DNA from: Amoebidium appalachense
Lineage: Eukaryota > Protista > Ichthyosporea
Direction of reading: 5' to 3'
DNA length: 64,000 nt
NCBI GenBank assembly: GCA_963693365.1
Contig: CAVNZM010000003.1
Coordinates: 5,980,509 to 6,044,508, forward strand
The position numbers and the translations under genes are program-made. A model generated the notes under the pieces. It had not been told where the DNA came from and made no database searches. It worked only from the letters and a program-made list of their open reading frames with translations. Position 1 is the stretch's first letter, and each line of letters begins with the position of its first letter. Below, one piece after another: positions 27,262 through 40,183 of this stretch.

Positions 27262-30019
27262 ACAGAACAGCTTCTAGCACGAGACATTTACCACAAAGTT
27301 TATGGCGGATGGTGAATGTGCCCCTGGAGTACGAGGGTCACACGAAAAAAACACAACGTTGTAGCTCGTATAGAACCCCCCTTGTAGCGTAGTATATGTA
27401 CATATGTTACCTAGACATTATTGGTTTTTTCAATAACTACCCACAGAACAGCTTCTCGCACGAGACCTTTACCACAACGTTTATGGGGGGGATGGTAAAT
27501 GTACCCCTGGAGTACGAGGGTCACACGAAAAAAACACAACGTTGTAGCTCGTATAGAACCCCCCTTGTAGCATAGTATATGTACATATGTTACCTAGACA
27601 TTATTGGTTTTTCAATAACTACCCACAGAGCAGCTTCTAGCACGAGACATTTACCACACAGTTTATGGGGGGGATGGAGAATGTGCCCCTGGAGTACGAG
27701 GGTCACACGAAAAAAACACAATGTTGTAGCTCGAATAGACCCCCCTTGTAGCATAGTATACGTCCATGTGTTACCTAGACATTATTGGTTTTTTCAATAA
27801 CTACCCACAGAACAGCTTCTAGCACGAGACATTTACCACAAAGTTTATGGGGGGGATGGAGAATGTGCCCCTGGAGTACGAGGGTCACACGAAAAAAACA
27901 CAACGTTGTAGCTCGTATAGAACCCCCCTTGTAGCATAGTATATGTACATAGTATGTTACCTAGACATTATTGGTTTTTTCAATAACTACCCACAGAACA
28001 CCTTCTAGCACGAGACATTTACCACACCGTTTATGGGGGGGATGGAGAATGTGCCCCTGGAGTACGAGGGTCACACGAAAAAAACACAATGTTGTAGCTC
28101 GAATAGGCCCCCCTTGTAGCATAGTATACGTCCATGTGTTACCTAGACATTATTGGTTTTTTCAATAACTACCCACAGAACAGCTTCTAGCACGAGACAT
28201 TTACCACACAGTTTATGGGGGGGATGGTGAATGTGCCCCTGGAGTACAAGGGTCACACGAAAAAAACACAACATTGTAGCTCGAATAGAACCCCCCTTGC
28301 AATTGTAGCATAGTATATGTACATGTGTTACCTAGACATTATTGGTTTTTTCAATAACTACCCACAGAACAGCTTCTAGCACGAGAAATGTACCACACAG
28401 TTTATGGGGGGGATGGAGAATGTGCCCCTGGAGTACGAGGGTCACACGAAAAAAACACAATGTTGTAGCTCGAATAGACCCCCCTTGTAGCATAGTATAC
28501 GTCCATGTGTTACCTAGACATTATTGGCTTTTTCAATAACTACCCACAGAACAGCTTCTAGCACGAGACATTTACCACAAAGTTTATGGGGGGGATGGAG
28601 AATGTGCCCCTGGAGTACGAGGGTCACACGAAAAAAACACAACGTTGTAGCTCGTATAGAACCCCCCTTGTAGCGTAGTATATGTACATATGTTACCTAG
28701 ACATTATTGGTTTTTTCAATAACTACCCACAGAACAGCTTCTCGCACGAGACCTTTACCACAACGTTTATGGGGGGGATGGTAAATGTACCCCTGGAGTA
28801 CGAGGGTCACACGAAAAAAACACAACGTTGTAGCTCGTATAGAACCCCCCTTGTAGCATAGTATATGTACATATGTTACCTAGACATTATTGGTTTTTCA
28901 ATAACTACCCACAGAGCAGCTTCTAGCACGAGACATTTACCACACAGTTTATGGGGGGGATGGAGAATGTGCCCCTGGAGTACGAGGGTCACACGAAAAA
29001 AACACAATGTTGTAGCTCGAATAGACCCCCCTTGTAGCATAGTATATGTACATAGTATGTTACCTAGACATTATTGGTTTTTTCAATAACTACCCACAGA
29101 ACAGCTTCTAGCACGAGACATTTACCACACCGTTTATGGGGGGGATGGAGAATGTGCCCCTGGAGTACGAGGGTCACACGAAAAAAACACAATGTTGTAG
29201 CTCGAATAGGCCCCCCTTGTAGCATAGTATACGTCCATGTGTTACCTAGACATTATTGGTTTTTTCAATAACTACCCACAGAACAGCTTCTAGCACGAGA
29301 CATTTACCACACAGTTTATGGGGGGGATGGTGAATGTGCCCCTGGAGTACAAGGGTCACACGAAAAAAACACAACATTGTAGCTCGAATAGAACCCCCCT
29401 TGCAATTGTAGCATAGTATATGTACATGTGTTACCTAGACATTATTGGTTTTTTCAATAACTACCCACAGAACAGCTTCTAGCACGAGAAATGTACCACA
29501 CAGTTTATGGGGGGGATGGAGAATGTGCCCCTGGAGTACGAGGGTCACACGAAAAAAACACAATGTTGTAGCTCGAATAGACCCCCCTTGTAGCATAGTA
29601 TACGTCCATGTGTTACCTAGACATTATTGGTTTTTCAATAACTACCCACAGAACAGCCTCTAGCACGAGAGATTTACCACAAAGTTTATGGGGGGGATGG
29701 TGAATGTGCCCCTGGAGTACGAGGGTCACACAAAAAAAACACAACATTGTAGCTCGAATAGAACCCCCCTTGTAGCATAGCATATGTACATGTGTTACCT
29801 AGACATTATTCGTTTTTTCAATAACTACCCACAGAACAGCTTCTAGCACGAGAACTTTACCACAAAGTTTATGGGGGGGATGGTGAATGTGCCCCTGGAG
29901 TACGAGGGTCACACGAAAAAAACACAACGTTGTAGCTCGTACAGAACCCCCTTTGTAGCATAGTATATGTACATAGTATGTTACCTAGACATTATTGGTT
30001 TTTTCAATAACTACCCACA
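27262..30019. repeat. ~185-bp satellite, about 15 units
   Basis: Same unit as 16680-17560 in a head-to-tail array. Confidence 0.95.
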
Positions 30020-30636
30020 TGCGGCATGTGTTACTTTCACGTTATTGGTTTCCTAGCACGGGATATTCAGCACACAGTTGGGGATGTGGGGGCAGTGTAC
30101 ACCTCAATATTGGTAAGGTGGTGGTGGGTGGGTTGGGGGGGGGAGGGGGGGGGGGGGGGGGGGTTCCACACAACCGAAACTGTCGGTGTTACAAGTGGTT
30201 CGGTCTTAGGAAGTTAGAACGGTGATTTTTTAATTAATAGCGGGAAACAATATTATCCCCATTGCATATGGGGGGAACGAGGGGGGGGGGGGGGGGGGGG
30301 GGGTTCACAACGAATTCTATCGACTGTGCATAATTAATGTATATTGCACATGTAGCCTGAAAGATTAAAGTGAATGTGTGTATGTATATGTGCGAGTATA
30401 TTTGTGTATGCAATACATGTACAATGTTTTCGTCTTTGTAGGTGGGTGGGTGGGGTGGGGGGTGGGGGGGGGGGGGGGGGGGGGGGGGGGTGCGCGGGGG
30501 GGAAGAGGGAGGGGGGGAGGGGGCATCATGATCAGGGATAACAGGGTGTGTGCGTGTGTGCGCTTGTGTGTGCATGTGCTGTGTGTGTTGTGTAGGTGTG
30601 CGCCTGTGTGTGTGTGCGTGCCTGTGTGTGCGCGCC

Positions 30637-30668
<32 letters not shown>

Positions 30669-30700
30669 GTGCATGTGTGAGTGTGTGTGTGTGCGCGCGC

Positions 30701-30731
<31 letters not shown>

Positions 30732-30908
30732 TGATTTCAAAGAAGTCGAAAGCGCCAGTGACACCCATGTTGAAAAAAAAGACAAGCAAGCACGCTAAGA
30801 AGGACAGCAAGAAGTAACAGAAACCCTTTCATGCCGAAAAAATGGTCAAGAACAAAGAAGTGGAGGACACGTAACTATAGTCTGATAGTTGTGACTAAGG
30901 GCACTAAG

Positions 30909-33900
30909 TGTCATCTTCACTTAATTCTCAGCAAGACTTAGAAGTTGAGTTTGGTATTTATTTATTAGTTGTTGTAGTTTGTTTCCTTTTTCCTTTCTTC
31001 ATTTCTTTCTTTCTTTTCCGTTTCCGTGTACACGACATCTTAGATCTGTGTACGTATCGACATACTTAGCTCGCGCACACGTATTGTCGTTTGCGTCAAA
31101 ATCTATATATGTCATCCAATCATATCTCGTTCGTATTTTCCCAAATATAGTAACTTACATTCCTTTCTCATTTCTTTCCCACGACGTAGCATTGTGCTAT
31201 GTTCTTCAACTATTAGGAATAATTATATTTAGACGTGTTATGATAAGAACATGTATAAATATATGTTATGAATTAATAGTTACATAAGTGGTTTCATTTT
31301 ATTAAATGTTTCCGTGCTTTTATTAGAAGTTTCTTTCATTGGAGGATTGAGTTTTATATTCTAAATGTCGACAGACATTTTATTCGATATATTTTACACT
31401 CATAGTTTTCATTCTTTTGATTGGTTTATCGTTTCACATTCCCAAGTATAAAAGGGTCCTCATCTTGAAATAAATCATAAGCAGTCGTATTCACTTCCTA
31501 TGGTTCCAGAAATCGTTCCTCCTCTCCGGTTGTGTTTTTTCCCGTGTGTCTTTGTGTTGTGTTTTACATAACACCCATCTGTGCTCTCTGCTTCTCCGTT
31601 TACCCACACAAAATAACAGGTTTACGGCCCCTTTGCACGCTAACACACAATCTCGCTACAACCGCGAAAATCTCTCAGTCTTACTGCTTCAATCATGACT
31701 GACAAACCGTCGTATATCAACCTTCCAATATGGAATCCGTCCGAGAAACGAGACGAGAAACGTCTTAATTATTTCGAGTGGGAGCCACTCATTCACCGGT
31801 TCATTAGAACCACCATTGCCGAGAAATTCGTTGACGCTATCAAGAGGCCACAGTGGGTTGACGGCGCTGAAGCCAACCAGTGGCTAGGCTACACCACCAA
31901 GGACTCCTACAAGAAAGCTTCCGACGTCCTCGACCAGATCCTCAACCAGTCCGTCCACCCGACCGAGCTCTACGACTCCGGCCGGATGCAAGACGGTGTC
32001 CACGGTGGTGAAGTCTTCCACAACCTACGTATGGCGTATGTAGCAGAGAAGGAGGCCCGAGTCACCCAGATTCAAGTCACCTTCGAGGAGCTTGAACTAC
32101 GAGACTACCCCAACGTCACAGCATACCTCACCCGTCTCCAACGTCTGGCTACGACACTTGCCTGCCTCGACGAACCCGTCCAGCACAAGGATGTCGTACG
32201 TAAGTTCTTCCTCCACATCCGGAAGAACACAGCCCTGGTCTGCCCCGACATTGAACGTCTCTGCTCCGACTACTGGATGAACAACAAGGCCTACCCGTCC
32301 TTCAACATGCTCATCAGTGACATTCGAGGAGCTGAAATCCGTGCCGGCCTCATCGACGCAGGCACAGGTGCAACCGTCAACAACCGTCCCCTCCGTGCAC
32401 TCCAGAGCAGAGTGCTTCCCCCCGGTGACCTCCGTAACCGTATTCCTCGACGTGAGCATACACCTCACCGTTCCCCGTCCCGTTCCCGTGATCCTCGTCC
32501 TCCCTCCAAGTCACCCGGCCCCCGTTCAACTTCCCCTTACCACCGTGGTAACAGGGACAACCGTAACCGACAGCACAACACCAACAGTGTGAAGTGTTCC
32601 TACTGCCATGAGCCCCACCACATCACAGCATGCCCGGAGCCTGGCTGCACAGTTGCTCGTCGTGCCAAGCAGGAGAAAGGTGACAAGAGTGTGAAATTTG
32701 CACTCATCTCCTCCACCGGCACACCTGACAGTAACGACCCCGTCTGGGACAGTGCTTGTAATGCACACATCTGCCCCATCAAGGAGTATTTCTCCTCCCT
32801 TACCCCGTGTCCTCCCACCCCCATTCACGGCCTCGGCACAGTCAATGCCAAACAACGTGGCATCATCAACATAACACTGCACTACAACGGCCACCCAACA
32901 CCGTGCAGCATCAATGCTTACTACGTACCCGAGGCACCGTCTTTCCTCGTGTCTACCTCCATGGCATCAGCTGCCGGCCTCCTAGGTCATTGTGACGATA
33001 CAGACAACCACCCGTCGTTCCTCTACAGCCGTAATGGTGACATTATTACAGATCTCACCCCCCTCGACGGTCTCTACTACATCACTGACTATGTGATTGA
33101 GACTCCTAAACACCCGGGGGTCCAAGCCTACACAGCAAGGACTCAACCACCCGACGACCTCACCCTTTGGCACAACCGTCTCGGCCACCGTGCCCTCTCC
33201 ACCGTCACCAGGATGGCCAAGGATGAGCTTGTCCTCGGCATGCCCCCCTCCCTCAAGTCACCCGACAACAGTGACTGCTTCGGCTGCATGTCTGGCAAGA
33301 CCACCAAGGCCCCCTTTCCCGGCACCCGTTCCAAGTTCACCATTCCCGGTGCTAAGTGGCACCTGGACTTCTTCGAAGCTCCCTGTGCTTCCTACGGAGG
33401 CTACAAGGTTGCTCTGGTGTGTGTTTGTGATGCCACCGGTTACACCACCGTGTTCCCCCTTTACAACCGTGGTGAAACCCTCAGCCACATTCAGTCTCTC
33501 GTTGAAACCATCGAACGTCAGACACCTGAGATCGTCACCCATCTTCGGTTTGACTCCGGCTCTGAATTCACCTCCAAGGACACCGAGGCCTACTGCAAGC
33601 AGAAAGGCATCATCATGGAGTTTGCCCCCGTCGACACACCACAACACAATGGTGTTGTTGAACGGAAGATGAGAGAACTGCAAGAGACAGTCCGTTGCTT
33701 CCTCCATGCCGACAAGGACCAACCTCTCTCTCCCAAGTTGTGGGTTGCTGCTCTCAAGCATACAAGCTACATCATCAACGTCACACCATCATCTGCTGCC
33801 AACGGCAACACTCCCTTCGAGGCCTTCCACGGCTTCAAACCCGACGTCTCCCAGCTCCACGTGTTCGGCTCCCCTGCCTATGTCCATGTTCCCCGGTCAA

Positions 33901-36069
33901 AGAGGAACAAGCTGGCATCAACCGTCAGAGTCGGCACCTACGTCGGCTGGGACCTACCCTCCAAGGCACACAAGATCCTCGACCTTGCCAGCAACCAAAT
34001 CAAGATCTGCCGTGATGTGATCTTCGACGAGTCGAAATTCACGGGCAGCACCAATCAGGTCTCCGTTCCCCCCAAACCCGATCTGCCGACATTGGACCCC
34101 CCCCTCCGACGACGACGATGAAACTCCGTCTGTGGTCATCTCCCAACCGTCCTGGCACAACCAACCAGCCCCGGTTGAACCCGTGCCTCCCCCGAGCCCC
34201 CCCCCCCACTGGCCAACAACCCTTGCTGCCGGCCCCCCCCCGTTGCTGTGCATCAACCCGGCTACATGACTCCGGTTCGTCCTGGGTCCCCCACCTTCCA
34301 CTCGGCCACGAGCAGCCCTGTGGACACCGATGCCCCCCTCACCACCGGTCCTATTCCTGGCTTCCATGCCCCTATCCCGGCCTCCACCACCTACCCGGCC
34401 ACCACCCCCCTCAAGGACCCCCCCAAGCCCAACCTTCGTCGGTCTACACGTCTCACCAAGACTCCAACGGCACTGGTCAGCATCGTAGCACCGACCATCA
34501 ACATTGACCAGCTCCCCAAGGGCATTCAAAAGCTTTGCAACGGTCCCAACGGTGATGCCGTCATAGCTGCCCTCACCTCCGAGTACCAAGCCTTCATCAC
34601 CAAGGATGTCTTCACCATTGTTGATCCCCCCCCTGGTGCCAACATCATCAAGTTCAAGTGGATTGTGACTGAGAAAGTCCTCAACTCAGCCGGTGACACC
34701 AAGATCAAAGCTCGTGGTGTTGCAAAGGGCTTCACTCAAGTCTACGGTGTTGACTACGGTGACACCTCTTCCCCCGTGGTGATGTCCTCCTCCGTCCGTG
34801 CCCTCCTTGCCATCGGTGTGGACGGCAACCATGAGATTCATCAACTCGACGTCTCAACTGCCTTCCTCAACAGTCCTCTTCAAGAAGACATCTACATTGA
34901 GCCACCACCTGGCTTCATCACCCCCGGCAACGAACACAAGGTCTGGAAACTTAAGAAGGCACTCTACGGGCTCAAGCAAGCATCACTGGCCTGGTATGAG
35001 TACTTCGACAAGGTCCTCCTTGCTCACGGTCTCGAACGTCTCCGTTCAGATCCATGTGTCTACATCAAGACCTTCCCCAACGGTGACATCATCCTCACTG
35101 GCAACTATGTGGACGACGTCATCATCATCTGCACGGCCAACTCCTCCCACACCAAGGATCTAGTAGACCACATCATGAAGTCAGCTCTCTGCAAGGTTGA
35201 CCTTCCCGACATCTTCCTTGGCACCCAGCTCATCCACACCCCCGGTCACCTCAAGCTGCTTCAGCAATCCTACATCAACGACATCGTCAGAGACTTCAAC
35301 CTCAACGATGCTCACCCCAAGGCTACTCCCATTCCCGTCGGCACCGTCATCACCATCAACGAGAACGACTCACCACCCATCAAGGTTCCCTACCGTGAAC
35401 TACTCGGCCGTCTTTTGTGGGTTGCTCGTTGTTCCCGGCCCGACATCTCCTTTGCCATCGGCTACCTCGGTAGATTCAGTGCCAACCCCACCAAACTTGC
35501 ATGGGAATGTCTACTCCGTGTAGTTCGGTACCTCATCGGCACTTCCAACCTCGGCCTTCACTACGACAAGTCTGCTTCCGACGACAACACCCCCTTGCTG
35601 GAGTGTTATTCTGATGCTGACTTTGCCAACTGCCCCAACACCCGTCGTTCAACCACCGGATACGTCATCTTCTTCAAGGGCATACCCATCACATGGTATT
35701 CGAAGCTGCAGTCCATCACGGCAACATCCACCACCGAGGCTGAGCTTCTGGCCATCAATGCTGCTGTTCAAAACGTCATCTGGCACCGTGATCTCCTCCG
35801 TGAACTCGGCTACCCGATGACCGACCCCACCCCCGTCTACTGTGACAACCAGTCCACCATTGCCCTCCTGCACACCAACAGCATCAAGCACCGGACCAAA
35901 CACATTGCAGTCCGTTACCACAACACGAAGGACTACATCAAGAGTGGGGATGTGGTCGTCACCTACGTGTCCAGCAAAGACAAAGTGGCTGACATCTTCA
36001 CCAAGCCCCTGCCCGGGCCCTCCCACGAGCAGCACCGTGATTCACTCCGAGTCAGTCTTCGTGACTGAG

Positions 36070-36115
<46 letters not shown>

Positions 36116-37306
36116 TCATCTACAGTGGTCTTCAAGTAGGTTGGGGCCCTGGCCAGTGGTCTACACATCACCGTGTAGAGACACCTCCCAACGAAAGTCT
36201 ACTGCTGTCTTCATCGATCTTCAGTGTGTGCATCTTCAGTGGGGATTTCTTCTCCACCATCCGTCGTTTATTTATATACCACCATATATATAATGTATTT
36301 ATCATTAGCCACCAACACGTCACACATACACTAGTTGTTTCTTCTATATATATTTATATATCACGTCATTGGCTACCGTCATCTTCCGAGTCTTCAGAGG
36401 CAACCGTCGTTGTGTGCTTCTTCCGTTTTGGTTTTCTTCCCCGGCTTGCACCTTCAAGTCTTCTCCATTGTCTTCTCGAGTGGGGAAACTTGACTGTGAC
36501 TTCACGGCACCTACTTCTACATGTGTGAAAGTCTTAACATCAACATTCACATCAACAAACTTCACGAGAACCCAACTTCCAACCCTTGAGTGGGGATGTC
36601 ATCTTCACTTAATTCTCAGCAAGACTTAGAAGTTGAGTTTGGTATTTATTTATTAGTTGTTGTAGTTTGTTTCCTTTTTCCTTTCTTCATTTCTTTCTTT
36701 CTTTTCCGTTTCCGTGTACACGACATCTTAGATCTGTGTACGTATCGACATACTTAGCTCGCGCACACGTATTGTCGTTTGCGTCAAAATCTATATATGT
36801 CATCCAATCATATCTCGTTCGTATTTTCCCAAATATAGTAACTTACATTCCTTTCTCATTTCTTTCCCACGACGTAGCATTGTGCTATGTTCTTCAACTA
36901 TTAGGAATAATTATATTTAGACGTGTTATGATAAGAACATGTATAAATATATGTTATGAATTAATAGTTACATAAGTGGTTTCATTTTATTAAATGTTTC
37001 CGTGCTTTTATTAGAAGTTTCTTTCATTGGAGGATTGAGTTTTATATTCTAAATGTCGACAGACATTTTATTCGATATATTTTACACTCATAGTTTTCAT
37101 TCTTTTGATTGGTTTATCGTTTCACATTCCCAAGTATAAAAGGGACCTCATCTTGAAATAAATCATAAGCAGTCGTATTCACTTCCTATGGTTCCAGAAA
37201 TCGTTCCTCCTCTCCGGTTGTGTTTTTTCCCGTGTGTCTTTGTGTTGTGTTTTACATAACACCCATCTGTGCTCTCTGCTTCTCCGTTTACCCACACAAA
37301 ATAACA
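30909..37306 (+). mobile_element. Full-length young Ty1/Copia retrotransposon (D1)
   Basis: 710-bp LTRs 30909-31618 and 36597-37306, one mismatch seen by eye. TSD CTAAG (30904-30908, 37307-37311), PBS-like 31619-31641, PPT GAGTGGGGA 36588-36596. Confidence 0.97.
31695..36068 (+). CDS. Copia Gag-PR-IN-RT-RNase H polyprotein; frameshifts in C runs near 34100 and 34200-34240
   Basis: CSYCHEPHH knuckle, WDSAC, WHNRLGH, FDSGSEF, PQHNGVVER, KARGVAKGFTQ, QLDVSTAFLN, LYGLKQA, YVDD, YSDADFA, DNQS, KHI. IN precedes RT, the Copia order. The shifts may be homopolymer sequencing errors. Confidence 0.93.
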
Positions 37307-38164
37307 CTAAGGGTAGCGCTAAGGGCACCAAGATGATGCGCGCGCGCGCGCGAGCCGAAATCTATTTTTATCTTTTTCCTAATCGGCGCGGCGAATAGTG
37401 ATTGGCTAAATCCCAATCCGGTTTGCAATTTTTTCTCCATTTAAGCCTGTACGCACGTTGTTTGCTCCATTTCTCTTCCCCCTTCCCGCAGGTCCACAGG
37501 TCCTTTCCCGCAGGTCGCCTGGTCGCAGGTCCCTTCCCGCAGGTCGCCTGGTCGCAGTTCCCTTCCCGCAGGTCGCCTGGTCACAGATCCCCTCCGCAGA
37601 TCGCGCAGCCACCGTGCTGATTGTTTTGGACCATGCTGCATGCTGCCTAACGGCTGAAAGGCCCTTTGAAGGTTAGTTTTGTGTTGCCTGCTTTTGTGCA
37701 TATGGCGTTTGTCTGTCTGGTCTGTGTCCGTCCTGTGATTATGTCTGTGTCTGTGTGTGTGTGTGTGTGTGTGTATGTGTGTGTGTGTGCGTGCGTGTGC
37801 GTGTGTCTGCTGGCTGCAGATGCACGTTGCCTTTCACGTTCCTGAACCAGCGACTGTGGGCACTACTTTTGCTGTTAGCACTATAGCTATCATCCCCTCC
37901 ACCGATCGTTCAAGCTATTTTCTGTTTCTCTAGACTTCATAAGTTCTGGTCCGGGTTTCTATGTTTGAGGTTGGTTCTGTCGACTCTTTTTTTGCCACTC
38001 TCAGTCAGCCCCCTCAGTCCCCCCCCCCCCCCCCCCCCCCCCCTCCCCCCACTTCTCGCAAGTAGGATGAGCTTAGCCTAATTCTTAGCTCGAGTTCCCT
38101 AACAGGTTTTGGCAAGGGTGGCCCATGAAGTCATCAGCAGCTATAAGGCTACGTTATCATCTAG

Positions 38165-38740
38165 AGGTGGGTACCGGCTCTTTGTCCTATGGCTGCTGTT
38201 GTTTCCGTTTTTCGTTTCATAGGTGGGTACCGGCTCTTTGTCCTGTTAGGGTAAATAAAGTATGGAGGCAAGACCCTGTGGGTCTGGGGCTCTTTGTCCT
38301 ATGGCTGCTGTTGTTTCCGTGTTTCGTTTCTGTGTTGCTCTTATAGCACACGAATGATCATGTGCATGTTTAGCACCCATAGGTGGGTACCGGCTCTTTG
38401 TCCTGTTAAGGTAAATAAAGTATGGAGGCAAGACCCTGTGGGTCTGGGGCTCTTTGTTCTATGGCTGCTGTTGTTTCCATGTTTCGTTTCTGTGTTGCTC
38501 TTATAGCACATGAATGATCATGTGCATGTTTAGCACCCATAGGTGGGTACCGGCTCTTTGTCCTGTTAAGGTAAATAAAGTATGGAGGCAAGACCCTGTG
38601 GGTCTGGTACCTCGTCGTCGTCATCGATCGTCAAAGGTTCATGTGGGGTGGGTGGTGGTCCCCAGGAAAAGACCCTGTGGGTCTGGCACCTCATCGTCGT
38701 CATCGATCGTCAAAGGTTCATGTGGGGTGGGTGGGGGGGG
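38165..38740. repeat. ~160-bp tandem repeat (about 3 copies plus fragments)
   Basis: AGGTGGGTACCGGCTCTTTGTCCT at ~38166, 38221, 38381 and 38541. Confidence 0.88.
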
Positions 38741-39884
38741 AGGGAGGAGGAGGGAGGTGGGGGTTTAAGATATCATCACGACAACCTCCAGCCATCCAAC
38801 AGATGACTTTAGGGATGACGACGGTCTTTTTAGTTTGACTTTTAGAACATCCTGAAAGATGGCTTTAAAATTGCATCAAGAAATCTTCCGGTGCACTTAC
38901 CAGAACTATGAATATATAATTATTCTATCTATGGGAGCGACCATATATAACGTAAAGCCGTCCTAAAGCCGTCTAAAGTGTATATTAATTGTGTCTTTTC
39001 CTCAATTGATGATGAATCTATATTATGACGTAAATACGTCTCACGCATATCTTGTTTGTGTCACTATGTACCAATAAAAATATCCCTAGCCTATCGGTGA
39101 GTTGCTTTTAGTACGTCCTAAAGTCGACAACTCGTGTTAGACTGAAATAACATATTACATAACTACATCGTAAGGATACATTTAGGTTAACCACAACATA
39201 TCTGTAATATATCTCTGCAAATTCTTCAAGAGGTGTTAAGTATGCCATATATGCTCGTCTGAACTACATAAAGTAGTATTAAAGATGGATATTGGTGATC
39301 GCAAAGCGCTCTTGTAGACGGCTGATCGATAGCTTACAGATATGCTGGGGATATCTTTTTAGTAAAAGTTCATAAATATTGTCTTTTTATAGATTCGTTT
39401 AAGACATAACAAAGACGGCTCTAAGATATGCTTGGGGGAGGAAACAGATGGAACACGGGATAGGGTTTCGCCGGGTTACAGATATGCTAAGGACGTACTT
39501 ACAGAGATGTCTTTAATATCGCCTGCTAAAGCCGGACGGGTTAGGGATAGCTTGGAGTCATCTCTAACTAATAACGGTTACAAAGGGTATGGTTCAGGAT
39601 GGGTTACGGGTTTAGGATGTCTCAGACTGGTTTGAGACGGGAAAAAGATGCCGGGAGATGTTTGCTGATGTGTTAGCATTTAGTGTTATTCATTCATTCT
39701 AACCCCCCCCCCCCCCCCCCCCCCCAAACACACACACACACACACTCACTCACTTCCCCACCCACACATACAAAAAAACACACACACACCAAAAGCCCCT
39801 CCCATCCCCCCCCCCCCTCCCCCCTCCCCCCCCCCTTCCAAAAAACTGTCAAATGCCTCCATGCCCACCAGCACAGATGTTCCA

Positions 39885-40152
39885 GGTTGCCCCTGTCAAT
39901 GCCGCCGACCCCGACAAGTTGGCAGACCAGGTTAGGTACCGCAAGAAGACGTGGGAGGGGTGGTTGGTGGAGGTTCAAGTTGTCAGTGCAACAACCATCC
40001 CTGTGGCCGCATGTACAGCGTCGATCCGGTGAGGGGCAATTTATGGGGCAACCCCGCCCTTCACTGCATCATGTGCATGTCCCCCATCAACGGCTCCTAC
40101 ATCAAGAACCGCCTCAGCAGCTTCAAGACACTAAACGTTTGTGCCCCCCCCC

Positions 40153-40183
<31 letters not shown>

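Noticed and set aside
27262-30019. Possible CRISPR-like array
   Set aside because: Whole units repeat with no unique spacers and no cas genes; it is a satellite.
30860-30908. Resemblance of CGTAACTATA...CTAAGGGTAGCG to the LSU rRNA homing-endonuclease site
   Set aside because: Only short, wrongly spaced matches and no surrounding rRNA similarity.
30979-31287. 102-aa hydrophobic ORF repeated four times
   Set aside because: It lies within the AT-rich LTR with a non-ATG start; recurrence reflects LTR copies.
34097-34240. Programmed frameshift between integrase and RT in Copia D
   Set aside because: Shift positions differ between D1 and D2 and fall in C homopolymers; sequencing error or slippage is more likely.
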